The notes beneath the pieces were generated by a model, which saw only the letters and a program-made list of their open reading frames with translations, made no database searches and was not told where the DNA came from. Below, piece by piece: positions 26,608-36,763 of a stretch of DNA of 64,000 nucleotides. Location: the IMG/VR virus record IMGVR_UViG_3300042527_000802, positions 53,481-117,480 of that record; one strand, written 5' to 3'. Each line of letters opens with the position of its first letter. Position 1 is the first letter of the stretch. The position numbers and the translations under genes were made by a program. The stretch is from a virus.

Positions 26608-28192
26608 TTGCGGATGTTCATTTGACATAGTAGATAAGAACAAGTTAATATTTTCTCCTAAGATCACAGATATTAATTTACAATGTTCTAAAACTTGGGA
26701 ACTGATTTCGGATGGTAATACCAAAGGAATCTTTCAATTAGAATCTAGACTTGGACAAATGATGGCTAAAAAATTAAAGCCAGAAAATATTGAACAGTTA
26801 TCTGCTTTGATTGCTGTTTTAAGGCCAGGATCGCTAGAAGCCATGAGAGATGGTAAAAGTATTACTAATCATTATATAGATAGAAAAAATAGTAGAGAAA
26901 GCATAGACTATTTTCATCCTATATTAGAGACAGTTTTACAAGATACCTTCGGAGAAATGATTTATCAAGAACAGGCGATGGAAATTTCCAGAGTAATTGC
27001 TGGATTTAATTTGCAAGAGGCGGATGAATTGCGTAAAAGTATTGGAAAAAAGAACACAGAGTTGATGGCTAAAGTTAAGACAAAATTTCTTAATGGATGT
27101 CAACAATTAGGCAAAGTAACACAGAAAGAAGCAGAAGAAATTTTTAGCTGGATCGAAAAAGCTCAAAGATATCAATTTAATCTTTCTCATTCTATGTCTT
27201 ATGCTATGAACGCATACTTGTCTGCTTATACAAAAGCTCATTTCCCACAAGCGTTCTTTTGTTCCTATCTTAGATATGCCAAAGATAAAATTGATCCACA
27301 ACAAGAGATCAAACAACTAATTAAAAATGCTAATGAGATGGATATATTAGTTTGTTTACCAGATCTAAGATTATTAAATAAACTATTTTCTATCTTTAAT
27401 AAGAACATATATTTTGGCATCACAGATATTAAAGGTGTTGGATCATCTGTATTTGAGAAGATTTTAGAGCTAGATAAAAAATTCACTATTAAAAACTTAA
27501 ACTATATCTCTACTATATTTTTTATATTACAAAATATTAATTCTACAGCAGCAAAAGCATTAATTTGTTGTGGTGCTATAGATTATTTTCGTAAAAATAG
27601 AACTGAAATGCTTTTTGAATATGAGTTAACATCCAATCTAACTAAAAAAGAAATAGAGCATTGTTCAACTATCATTGCTAATAATGGTAGTATACAAGAT
27701 ATCTTTAAATATCTAATTAATCATCCTAAAGTGAATGTTAAGAGAAAAAAAGTAATACAGGATCTTTTATCAGCTAGTATAAATCCTCCTTATTCTCTAA
27801 TAGACAAAATAGAATGGTTGGCAGACAATGAAGAGTCTCTACTAGGAACCGCTATATCATGTTCAAAATTAGACACATATGATATTACAATGACCAATAC
27901 AAACTGTAGAGAATTTAAAAACACAGACTATGCTAAAAAAATATTAATTGCTGGAGAAATTTCTAATATTAATATAGTCAAAACTAAAACTGGTAAAAAT
28001 CCAGGACAAGAAATGGCATTCGTTAGTATAGAAGATCAGAGTGGAATTTTAGATTCGATTATATTTTTCCCTGACCAATATGATAAGTACAAGCATCATT
28101 TATTCCAAAGCAATATTTTGATTTTTGCTGGCGATAAGGGTAAGACCAAAGACGGCCTAATCGTAGATAAATGTTTTGTTCCACGATCTTGA
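26588..28192 (+). CDS. dnaE: DNA polymerase III alpha, C-terminal part (fingers, HhH, OB fold)
   Basis: GIFQLES, LRPG, IYQEQ, ADELRKSIGKK, FNLSH, IKGVG, GQEMAFVSIED. Confidence 0.93.
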   Translation: MQKYKFSCGCSFDIVDKNKLIFSPKITDINLQCSKTWELISDGNTKGIFQLESRLGQMMAKKLKPENIEQLSALIAVLRPGSLEAMRDGKSITNHYIDRKNSRESIDYFHPILETVLQDTFGEMIYQEQAMEISRVIAGFNLQEADELRKSIGKKNTELMAKVKTKFLNGCQQLGKVTQKEAEEIFSWIEKAQRYQFNLSHSMSYAMNAYLSAYTKAHFPQAFFCSYLRYAKDKIDPQQEIKQLIKNANEMDILVCLPDLRLLNKLFSIFNKNIYFGITDIKGVGSSVFEKILELDKKFTIKNLNYISTIFFILQNINSTAAKALICCGAIDYFRKNRTEMLFEYELTSNLTKKEIEHCSTIIANNGSIQDIFKYLINHPKVNVKRKKVIQDLLSASINPPYSLIDKIEWLADNEESLLGTAISCSKLDTYDITMTNTNCREFKNTDYAKKILIAGEISNINIVKTKTGKNPGQEMAFVSIEDQSGILDSIIFFPDQYDKYKHHLFQSNILIFAGDKGKTKDGLIVDKCFVPRS

Positions 28193-28216
28193 CACTGTGG
28201 CACCGGATGCTATAAT
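28189..28216 (+). promoter_or_regulatory. Consensus sigma70 promoter for ssb
   Basis: TTGACA-N16-TATAAT with an extended -10 TG. Confidence 0.8.
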
Positions 28217-28256
28217 AGATTAGTGATTTGTTTTTTAACTTTTGAGGAGATTCAGA

Positions 28257-28634
28257 ATGAATATTACATTGCTAAAGGGTAATCTAGCTCGCGATCCAGA
28301 AGTAAGAGTTGTAACAACTGGAAATAAGCAAACTTCTGTTGTTAATTTTACAGTTGCTACTTCTAGAGAGTACACTAAGGCTAATGGCGACAAGGATAAG
28401 ATTACATCTTTTATTAATTGCGAAGCTTGGGATAGTGGTGCGGAAATTATTGCTAATTCGTTTAAGAAAGGCGATCTGGTACTAATTGAAGGATCTCTTA
28501 GAAATGATAGTTGGGAAAAGGATGGAGTTAAGCATAGTACCCTAAAGGTACGCGTAAATAATTTCTCCAAGATTACAAGACTATCTAATCCTAAGTCAAA
28601 GTCAACAGAAGAAGCAGAGCCTGTTGCCTTTTGA
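28257..28634 (+). CDS. ssb: Single-stranded DNA-binding protein
   Basis: KGNLARDPE, FTVA, CEAW, KKGDLVLIEGSL, acidic tail EEAEPVAF; GAGGAG ribosome-binding site. Confidence 0.95.
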   Translation: MNITLLKGNLARDPEVRVVTTGNKQTSVVNFTVATSREYTKANGDKDKITSFINCEAWDSGAEIIANSFKKGDLVLIEGSLRNDSWEKDGVKHSTLKVRVNNFSKITRLSNPKSKSTEEAEPVAF

Positions 28635-28657
28635 TTCTAACCTATAGGAACTTTAGG

Positions 28658-28692
28658 AATAAGATTGGGGGCTAACCACCCCCATTCTTATT
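28658..28692 (+). terminator. Stem-loop after ssb, probable terminator
   Basis: AATAAGAtTGGGGG-ctaacca-CCCCCAtTCTTATT. Confidence 0.65.
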
Positions 28693-28701
28693 ATCTACAC
28701 A

Positions 28702-30381
28702 ATGCAATCATCTAACCAAAAATTAAGAATATTATTCGCAGCAGAAGCAAGTTTTGTTAACTCTGGTTTTGGAAATTATACTAGAGAATTATTAACCAGA
28801 CTACATGCTACAAATAAATATCATATAGCAGAGTTTGCTTCTTATGGCTTTGTCAATGATCCACGAGATAAAGATATAAAGTGGAGATATTATGCAAATG
28901 CTGTTAAGGATGGGGATCCTAGACATCAAGAATATATGTCGCGTGGAGACAATCAGTTTGGTAGATGGAGATTTGATAAAGTTGTTCTAGATTTCAAACC
29001 ACATGTTGTTATTGATTGGCGTGACTATTGGATGAGTTCATATCAAGGTATATCTCCATTAAGGCCATATTTTAATTGGGTTCTTATGCCAACGGTAGAC
29101 TCCGCTCCACAGCAAGAATCATGGATCGATACATATTTAGATGCCGATGCTATATTTACTTACTCTGATTGGGGAGCAAAAGTAATACTAGAACAAAGTA
29201 ATAATAAAATCAATTACATAGATACAACAAGACCTGGTGTTGATCTAAAAATTTTTAAGCCATATGATGATATTAAAGCAATAAAAAATAGATTGGGTCT
29301 GCCAGAAGATAGTTATATTATTGGAACCGTTATGCGTAATCAAAAACGTAAACTTTTCCCAGAATTAATGAAAGCATTTCGCCAATTATTAGACGAAATG
29401 TATGCAGAAGGATCTAAAGAAGCAGATAAGCTCTATTTATATCTACACACCAGTTATCCTGATGCTGGGTGGGATCTTCCAGAATTGCTCAAAGAACATA
29501 GACTATTAAATAGGGTTTATTTTACCTATAGATGTCATAGATGTGGCGATGTTGCCGCTAATGTATATTCACATCCAACAAAAATATGTAAAAAATGCTT
29601 TGAGCCATCAAGCAAATTTACTAGCGTTACAAATGGTGTTGATAATCCAACCCTATCTGACATATACAATGTTTTTGATCTGTACGTACAATATGCTATT
29701 TGTGAAGGTGCTGGTATGCCACAAATAGAAGCAGCCGCATGTGGTGTTCCAATAGCAACAGTAAATTATAGTGCTATGATAGATGTGATAAATAAACTAG
29801 ATGCCTATCCTATAAAGATCGGAGCATTCTTCAAAGAGCTAGAAACTAAAGCTGTTAGAGCATATCCGGACAATAACGATTTAGTTAAAATTATTAAAAA
29901 GCATATAAGATTACGACCAAATCAACTAAAAGAAAAAAAGAAAAATGTCAGAAGTCTTGCTGAAAGGTACTACGATTGGGACCATACTGCAAAAATATGG
30001 GAAAATTTCTTAGACTCTCCACATTTATTCCATGCACGACGATCATGGAATGATCCACCAACTTATCTACCAGCGCCAAATATTAACGCGCAAGATTTAG
30101 ATATTAAAAATGGCTTTTTCAATATATATAATATGTGTTCAAATAATTTGAAAGATATTAGTAAAATGTCTACCATGTCCATATTAGATATGTGCAAAGA
30201 CGCCACTCATGGATTTACACAAAATGGATTAAATATACAGAACGCTGCATATCAAGATGTAGCAAATAATATTTCGGTTATGGTCAATAACCATAATCAG
30301 GCGGAAAGAGCAAGAACAGAAAATATAAAATTTAATGAAGATTTTATTAAATATGCAGAGATAAAGGAGTCTTGTTCATGA
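28702..30381 (+). CDS. GT-B (GT4-like) glycosyltransferase with an inserted CxxC...CxxC module
   Basis: SGFG, MRNQKRK, EGAGMPQIEAAACGVP (EX7E motif); CHRC...CKKC. Confidence 0.88.
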   Translation: MQSSNQKLRILFAAEASFVNSGFGNYTRELLTRLHATNKYHIAEFASYGFVNDPRDKDIKWRYYANAVKDGDPRHQEYMSRGDNQFGRWRFDKVVLDFKPHVVIDWRDYWMSSYQGISPLRPYFNWVLMPTVDSAPQQESWIDTYLDADAIFTYSDWGAKVILEQSNNKINYIDTTRPGVDLKIFKPYDDIKAIKNRLGLPEDSYIIGTVMRNQKRKLFPELMKAFRQLLDEMYAEGSKEADKLYLYLHTSYPDAGWDLPELLKEHRLLNRVYFTYRCHRCGDVAANVYSHPTKICKKCFEPSSKFTSVTNGVDNPTLSDIYNVFDLYVQYAICEGAGMPQIEAAACGVPIATVNYSAMIDVINKLDAYPIKIGAFFKELETKAVRAYPDNNDLVKIIKKHIRLRPNQLKEKKKNVRSLAERYYDWDHTAKIWENFLDSPHLFHARRSWNDPPTYLPAPNINAQDLDIKNGFFNIYNMCSNNLKDISKMSTMSILDMCKDATHGFTQNGLNIQNAAYQDVANNISVMVNNHNQAERARTENIKFNEDFIKYAEIKESCS

Positions 30382-31373
30382 ACACTCTGTATATAGGACC
30401 ATATAAAAATAATAACATATTGAGTATTAGTAGTCTAGATATTATAGACTGTCTTAACAATAGTACTAAAATAGAACATCTATCTATTAGACCTATCTAT
30501 GTAAACAATAATCAAAATAATCATAAAAGTCTAATAATCTCTAATTTGGAAAGAACAAAGTATTTAGAATCATATGATATGGTTATTCAACATGGCCCAG
30601 TTCAACTTTTATTAGATTATCTTCCGATATCATCAAAAAATGTTGCCATACCTCTTTTGGATAAAATCTATAATAGAAATAGATACTTTGAGTCTTTAGC
30701 TAATTTTGATCTAATATTAGTTGATACAGAAGAATATCATGACTTCTTAACGTCGGGATACGGATTCAAAAACGTAAGGATATTTGACTACTATGGATTG
30801 TATCACAATACAAAAACCTTAGATTTTAGCACTTGTAGATCAGATAAAAAGATTTATTACATAGGTCTGTATGACTCTGCTATAATAGAGAAAATTATTC
30901 GGGCATTTTATTTAGCGTCCACAGGTACGGATAACGTATCATTAATGCTGTTTATTAATCAGCCACCAGATACGATACCCGAAGATTTCAATAAAAAGAT
31001 TCAAGAGATACAAAAGTCGCTAAATATCAATAGTGTTAATGATAATATAAATTTATTTTTCAAGTATTTCGACACTGACGAGATAATCTCTATGCATAAT
31101 TCTTGTGACATTTATATTGATCTTTGTAATTATAATGCTGATTCTGGCTTTAACCGATACCTTGCTAGGAATAAAAATAAGACTATTATTGATAGAACAA
31201 AACTTGATACATATAATGAGTTTGCATTTCATAACAATGGATATATTTATCCAGAAACTATACAAGACTTTAGTTGTTTTTCTTTGGCGAGAGCGATTGG
31301 CGACTCTTTGACTTATGAAAACAAACATAAACACACAAAATATCCAAATATAGCCGAGATTGTATGTCAATAA
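30378..31373 (+). CDS. Divergent GT-B-like protein
   Basis: LYIGPY start, YYIG strand and SMHNSCDIYI echo GT4; EX7E motif not recognisable. Confidence 0.5.
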   Translation: MNTLYIGPYKNNNILSISSLDIIDCLNNSTKIEHLSIRPIYVNNNQNNHKSLIISNLERTKYLESYDMVIQHGPVQLLLDYLPISSKNVAIPLLDKIYNRNRYFESLANFDLILVDTEEYHDFLTSGYGFKNVRIFDYYGLYHNTKTLDFSTCRSDKKIYYIGLYDSAIIEKIIRAFYLASTGTDNVSLMLFINQPPDTIPEDFNKKIQEIQKSLNINSVNDNINLFFKYFDTDEIISMHNSCDIYIDLCNYNADSGFNRYLARNKNKTIIDRTKLDTYNEFAFHNNGYIYPETIQDFSCFSLARAIGDSLTYENKHKHTKYPNIAEIVCQ

Positions 31374-32233
31374 ATTATCCAATAAGTAATATTATTCATG
31401 GTATTCTTTTTAATAAAGGAATAGGTTCTTTAAATATAGCATATAATCCAATTGGTGGCCTATATGATCTAGCTATCAATGATCTTAAAAAATATCAATT
31501 TATATCTGATAATATGATATTTGATAATAAATTAATAAACTATGGATTAAGCTTTATTAATGATCCGGTTAATTATTCTCAAAATATAGAGAAGTATAAG
31601 AAATTATATGCAAACAAGATATTGTTTATGCATAATCCTATTCCCAACTTCTTTAAAAAAGAAGATGTATTTTTGATGAATAGTCATTTATCAAATTATA
31701 CGATATATTCATTTACTAATTCTCAACCAGAAGTTTTACCAAATAAGAAATATATAAAGTATGGACTAAAAATAAGATCAACCAAGATAGCATCTGATAG
31801 ATCTAATAATGTAGCCATATTATATAATACAGAAGAAAAACAAGCTAAAATACTTCATAGTGTCATATCATCTAAATTCACTAATATAGAATTAATAGAT
31901 ATAAAAAATATAAAAGATATAGTTTCTATTGAAGAAAAATTAAACAATACAAAAATCTGTATAGATACAACAGATTATTACAATGTTTTATTTGGAGTAT
32001 CTTGTGGCTGTTACGGATTGACATCACTAGTCAATAATGATCAAGCAATAGTGTCAAGAATAGATAATTTTGAAAATTGTCTTAATATGATTGAACAAAT
32101 CTTAACTTCTTATAGTCAAAATACTATTGACAACAGTACACAATATTTGGAAGCAAATTATAACTATGATAGTTTTGTTACTATTATAGATACCATCATT
32201 TCTAATAACTACTATATATCAGTACAACTATGA
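31364..32233 (+). CDS. Divergent GT-B-like protein
   Basis: LNNTKICID...GVSCGC resembles a GT4 C-terminal domain. Confidence 0.45.
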   Translation: MSINYPISNIIHGILFNKGIGSLNIAYNPIGGLYDLAINDLKKYQFISDNMIFDNKLINYGLSFINDPVNYSQNIEKYKKLYANKILFMHNPIPNFFKKEDVFLMNSHLSNYTIYSFTNSQPEVLPNKKYIKYGLKIRSTKIASDRSNNVAILYNTEEKQAKILHSVISSKFTNIELIDIKNIKDIVSIEEKLNNTKICIDTTDYYNVLFGVSCGCYGLTSLVNNDQAIVSRIDNFENCLNMIEQILTSYSQNTIDNSTQYLEANYNYDSFVTIIDTIISNNYYISVQL

Positions 32234-32658
32234 GTAAAAAAATAAACTTAGTCACAGGAAATCAACAATCTTCTCAACCGCTTGGTCCGGGAATAGATAA
32301 CTTTAATGTTGAGCATTTAGGCTCATTATTCAGTTGTTCTATAGACGCAGTATATTGTTATATGTTTAATCTTTTTGACGAGACAAATGCATATAATGCT
32401 TTAGATACTATTTTAGATAAAATTAAGCCCGGTGGAGCTTTATTATTATCTATTCCAAATCTAAAAAGGATTGCTAAACTTTTTATTGATGGTACGATGC
32501 CAGATAAAGACTTCTTTCAAAATATTAGATCTATCAATAATACTATATCATATAATGATATCATCAAATATTGTAAACAAAAAAATAATCTTGTTGTGGC
32601 TGATCTAAAGAAAGAAGAAATTTTATCATTTATAACAATAAATAAAACAGGAATCTAA
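32230..32658 (+). CDS. Short SAM-methyltransferase-fold protein (degenerate)
   Basis: SIDAVY and IKPGGALLLSIPN; no GxGxG motif. Confidence 0.5.
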   Translation: MSKKINLVTGNQQSSQPLGPGIDNFNVEHLGSLFSCSIDAVYCYMFNLFDETNAYNALDTILDKIKPGGALLLSIPNLKRIAKLFIDGTMPDKDFFQNIRSINNTISYNDIIKYCKQKNNLVVADLKKEEILSFITINKTGI

Positions 32659-32659
32659 T

Positions 32660-33421
32660 ATGGCAAACACTCACTGTAAATTGTGTCTATATGCTAAAGA
32701 AGTAACTTCTGATGAACCGTGTGAGTTCAATATAATATCATATATTAAAGATATTAAAGAAATCTCCACTCTAGATGATTATTTTTATATCAAAAATTAT
32801 AAATGTTCATATGGATTTTCTAAAGATAAATATCTTAATGAAAAAAATGAGTTAGATTCTATAGATCTAAAGCAACATATTATTCAAGAAGCTAAAATCT
32901 CATATTATCTTGTTGTCGATATGAGATCACTAAATAATGAGCAAATTACAACATGCGTAGACTACATAAATAATCTAGATATTAAACCAAAATTTTTATC
33001 ATTAATAGTTAGAACATCAACAAATATATTAGAAAAAATTGATATATTTAATAAAACCGTTGCTAAAGAAATTAAATGGAAAGCTCATGCATTTATTGAA
33101 GATGTAACATTTAATAGCTGTTTGAACATAGCTGCAGAAACCAATGTAGCAGATTCTAACTGTCAATTCCTTATGGCAATCGATGGTGGAAAAGAAAATA
33201 ATTTAATAAATGATATGGTAAATCATTGTCATTATATGTTTAAAGTTCTTCAAGATAATGTTCATATAATAATGAAATCTCCCGATGATCTGAATGGAAT
33301 TTTTATTCCTGTTACTATATACAAGTCTATGATTAATGCTATTGGTGGTGATTTAATTAAAGCCTTATCCATGATACCCAATATCATTATTAAAAACTAT
33401 GAAATTGAAAAATCAATATAA
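32660..33421 (+). CDS. Hypothetical protein with a Cys-rich N-terminus
   Basis: THCKLC...C...C; lies inside the glycan cluster. Confidence 0.6.
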   Translation: MANTHCKLCLYAKEVTSDEPCEFNIISYIKDIKEISTLDDYFYIKNYKCSYGFSKDKYLNEKNELDSIDLKQHIIQEAKISYYLVVDMRSLNNEQITTCVDYINNLDIKPKFLSLIVRTSTNILEKIDIFNKTVAKEIKWKAHAFIEDVTFNSCLNIAAETNVADSNCQFLMAIDGGKENNLINDMVNHCHYMFKVLQDNVHIIMKSPDDLNGIFIPVTIYKSMINAIGGDLIKALSMIPNIIIKNYEIEKSI

Positions 33422-34106
33422 TGCTATCTTATTAGTATCAGACATTACTAAGGGTATGAAATCGATTGGGTCTAAATCATTATTGGAAGTATCTAAAAAT
33501 TTAACCGTAATAGACTATCAAATACAATATCTAAAAAGATTCTATTATCCAGTTAACATTTATATTTGTACAGGGTTTGAGCATGATAAGATTGTTAAAA
33601 AAACTAGCAAATATAAAAATATAACTTATGTATACAATGCAGATTATGATGATGATAATCAATCAGGATCATTGATAAAATGTCTTCAGGAATATTCAAT
33701 TAATAATGCTATAGTAATAAATAACGGAATTTTACCACTGGATAAATTAACGATAGATATACTATATTCATCTATTCCTATTACTTCAAAAGACCCAAAG
33801 ACGCAATTTGACATAGGATGTAATGATACCAATCAAATTAAATACCTATTCTATGATCTGCCTAATAGATGGTTGGAATTTGCATATTTAAATAAACAAA
33901 CAATTGAAAAGATTATTGAATTATATAAAGATAAAAAATATAATAAGCTATTTCTGTTTGAACTTCTTAATATACTAATGGATCACGGAGTAGATCTAAA
34001 AGCAACCGTTATCAACAAAAATCTACCTATCAAAATAAATACTATAAAAGATTTATCCATAGCAAAGAAACATTATGACAAATATTTGTATCACAAGACA
34101 AAATAG
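33399..34106 (+). CDS. Sugar/choline-phosphate nucleotidyltransferase-like protein (divergent)
   Basis: KGMKSIGSKSLL, IDYQI, CTGFE, YN.DY...N..GSL; lacks the AAGxGxR motif. Confidence 0.65.
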   Translation: MKLKNQYNAILLVSDITKGMKSIGSKSLLEVSKNLTVIDYQIQYLKRFYYPVNIYICTGFEHDKIVKKTSKYKNITYVYNADYDDDNQSGSLIKCLQEYSINNAIVINNGILPLDKLTIDILYSSIPITSKDPKTQFDIGCNDTNQIKYLFYDLPNRWLEFAYLNKQTIEKIIELYKDKKYNKLFLFELLNILMDHGVDLKATVINKNLPIKINTIKDLSIAKKHYDKYLYHKTK

Positions 34107-34797
34107 TAAATTTAATAGAAATATATTTTACTATAAAAACAGTAATTATAATATGATTGAGTATGTGTCAGGGTATGGTATTTATAAATATTACTTTGGT
34201 ATGAATACTAATATAGACCTGATGATTATTAATGCCTCTATCTTAAGTCCAGAAATAGAATCATTTATTCAAGAATTTCATCAAAAAATCAAATTTATTG
34301 TCTATAACGATAATGACACAAAAATCTTTTCTGATAAATATAGTAATTTCATATATAAATTCTTAGTTCATGAGTCATTGGGGCTATCAAATGAAATTAT
34401 TTTACCAAAGCATATTATTAATGATAAGATTTTTCATAGTCTAGACATTAAACACAAACAGAAGCAATATATCTATTTTCTAGACAATATATCGTCCATA
34501 CCCATTCAACTTGAACAAATTTTATATCCTAATACTGTCGAGCCAATCAAAATGTTCAATGGTAATAATATAAAACACTATCAGCACTTAGGACACATAA
34601 CAGAGGAAGTTAGAAAAGATCTTCTTTTAGAATCATCTGATTATCTTTATAGTAATAATGACTATCTAATGGAAGCAAAGTTATGTGGCTGTAATCTTAT
34701 AGACATTAGCGGACAGTCTGTAGATCTCAACAAAACATCAGATATTACAACAGAATATACAACATACGGCGACATTCTTAAGGTATTAGTATGCTAA
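34075..34797 (+). CDS. Hypothetical, possibly GT-derived protein
   Basis: YLMEAKLCGC resembles the GT4 EA...G motif. Confidence 0.5.
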   Translation: MTNICITRQNSKFNRNIFYYKNSNYNMIEYVSGYGIYKYYFGMNTNIDLMIINASILSPEIESFIQEFHQKIKFIVYNDNDTKIFSDKYSNFIYKFLVHESLGLSNEIILPKHIINDKIFHSLDIKHKQKQYIYFLDNISSIPIQLEQILYPNTVEPIKMFNGNNIKHYQHLGHITEEVRKDLLLESSDYLYSNNDYLMEAKLCGCNLIDISGQSVDLNKTSDITTEYTTYGDILKVLVC

Positions 34798-35252
34798 AAA
34801 ATAATATAGGATTCATGATCCCGGTGCTAGAGAATAATAATTTCTGCACCCATCTCTGCTCAATCGTTAAATCATTTATTGTTAATAACAAAAAGTTAGA
34901 TTTTTGCATATTTAATCAATATTGCGAAATGCATGATACTTATAATGTTCCATTATTACCAATAAGCCATGCTAGATATTTTGAAGGAGATTTATTTGTT
35001 TTTGATATATCATCATTGTTGTTAAGTGTTAATTTTCCAAAAACTAACAATATATATTTCTTTACAAATTCAACACCTTGGACAGCATCATATAATAACT
35101 ATATAGAATGGAAAAATATATTTAACAAATCTAATGTAAAAATAATATCAAACACCAAACACATTCATGATATTTATACTATTGCATGGAATAATAGTAT
35201 CGGAATAGCGGAGAATATGACATATGACACAATCTATAAATGTATACTCTGA
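34791..35252 (+). CDS. Hypothetical protein
   Basis: Open frame overlapping both neighbours. Confidence 0.6.
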   Translation: MLKNNIGFMIPVLENNNFCTHLCSIVKSFIVNNKKLDFCIFNQYCEMHDTYNVPLLPISHARYFEGDLFVFDISSLLLSVNFPKTNNIYFFTNSTPWTASYNNYIEWKNIFNKSNVKIISNTKHIHDIYTIAWNNSIGIAENMTYDTIYKCIL

Positions 35253-36024
35253 TTTAACAGATTCAGAAAAAAAGAGCTTATTACATAAACTTTATATAGG
35301 AGATAAGCTAAGTTTTGCTTCTATTGCTAAAAAATATAATACGTATGCGAATAGAATTCGTAGAGACGCTGTTAAGCTTGGTATAGAGATTAGAGATAAA
35401 TCAGAAGCGCAAAAGAATGCCTTGGAAACAGGATCTCATTGTCATCCAACAAAAGGCAAAGAAAGATCAGAAAAAACCAAGCAGCAAATAGGCGCTTCTG
35501 TTATGAATGCATGGGATAACTTATCAGAAAGTGAACTTGAAGCAAGAAAAGAACAGAGCAGACAAAATTGGGAAAATCTTGATGATTATACCAAAGAAAA
35601 TATATTAAAGATGGCAAATGAAGCTGTTAGACTAGCAAGTAAAACAGGATCAAAACTTGAGAAATATTTATTAAATAAATTGATGAAAGATTCCTATAAA
35701 GTTGATTTTCACAAAGAACAAACATTATCAAATACGAAGTTGCAGATAGACCTGTTTTTGCCTACCATGAACATAGCAATAGAAGTTGATGGTCCTAGTC
35801 ATTTTGAACCAGTGTGGGGAGATGATTCTCTCAAGCGAAACAAAAAATACGATTCAAAAAAAGAAGGACTTATTATTGGTAAAGGATGGCATCTGATTAG
35901 AATAAAACAAACAAAGGACTTTTCTAAATCACGAGCAGATAGATTATATACTGAATTATTACAAGCAATTGGTCAAATAAATGGGAAAAATTCTTCACAA
36001 AAAATAATAATAGAGGACAAATAA
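35224..36024 (+). CDS. HTH + NUMOD3-like + DUF559/Vsr-like endonuclease
   Basis: KLSFASIAKKYNT; KGKERSEKTKQQI; IDLFLP...IEVDGPSH...LIRI. Confidence 0.75.
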   Translation: MTQSINVYSDLTDSEKKSLLHKLYIGDKLSFASIAKKYNTYANRIRRDAVKLGIEIRDKSEAQKNALETGSHCHPTKGKERSEKTKQQIGASVMNAWDNLSESELEARKEQSRQNWENLDDYTKENILKMANEAVRLASKTGSKLEKYLLNKLMKDSYKVDFHKEQTLSNTKLQIDLFLPTMNIAIEVDGPSHFEPVWGDDSLKRNKKYDSKKEGLIIGKGWHLIRIKQTKDFSKSRADRLYTELLQAIGQINGKNSSQKIIIEDK

Positions 36025-36761
36025 TGAGCAAGAAGAAGGAAACTAAGGACACTGTTGAAGTTAATGCCACGCCAGAATCTGTTGTAGAAACTGTTAATGT
36101 AACACCAAATGATTTGGGTTGGACAGACTATGTGCTAAGTCTATTGTCAGATGATGAAAAAATTAAGGGTAATCCTACAACAGACGGATTAAGAAGAATA
36201 TTTGAAAAGGCCTTAAATTGTAGAGTGATAGCCTCTCAAACAAAATTGGCCCAAACTCCAGATATTAATAACGAAAAAAGAGCATCGGCTATTCACAGCA
36301 TAACATACCGTTTAAATCCACACGAGGAGGATACTCTTGGTTTAAATACTGTGTCTGTGGATGGCGCCGCCGACGTTTATTGGGGTAATTGCGATAAAAT
36401 CTTTAGGAATCATCCAGTTGCCGTAGCAGAAACCAGAGCAGAAGGTCGAGCATTACGAAGAGCATTAAAACTTAGGAAGGTTGTTGCTGCTGAAGAAATG
36501 GCAGAAGAAATTGATGACCATCCAGATGCTAATTCGGTCAATAAAATCACCAATAATCAAATTAACTTTATTGATGTGATTGGACAAAGATTGAATATAG
36601 ATATCAAGAAACTATTAAAGGCTAATGGTTTAGAAAGTGATAATGTCTATAGCTTGCAACATGAAAATGCTGTTGATATTATAAGGTTGTTGTCTAGATA
36701 TCAACAAAATATCTCAGACATACCTTCTGATATTTTAGGCTATTCAAATGAATGGAAATAA
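36024..36761 (+). CDS. Rad52/Sak-like single-strand annealing protein (putative)
   Basis: Beta strands followed by AVAETRAEGRALRRAL; C-terminal ITNNQINFI helical domain. Confidence 0.55.
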   Translation: MSKKKETKDTVEVNATPESVVETVNVTPNDLGWTDYVLSLLSDDEKIKGNPTTDGLRRIFEKALNCRVIASQTKLAQTPDINNEKRASAIHSITYRLNPHEEDTLGLNTVSVDGAADVYWGNCDKIFRNHPVAVAETRAEGRALRRALKLRKVVAAEEMAEEIDDHPDANSVNKITNNQINFIDVIGQRLNIDIKKLLKANGLESDNVYSLQHENAVDIIRLLSRYQQNISDIPSDILGYSNEWK

Positions 36762-36763
36762 TT

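Noticed and set aside
25650-26720. Split intein, intron or stop-codon recoding to explain the broken dnaE
   Set aside because: No intein terminal motifs, the gap is filled by two intact ORFs, and TAA, TAG and TGA all act as normal stops at gene junctions
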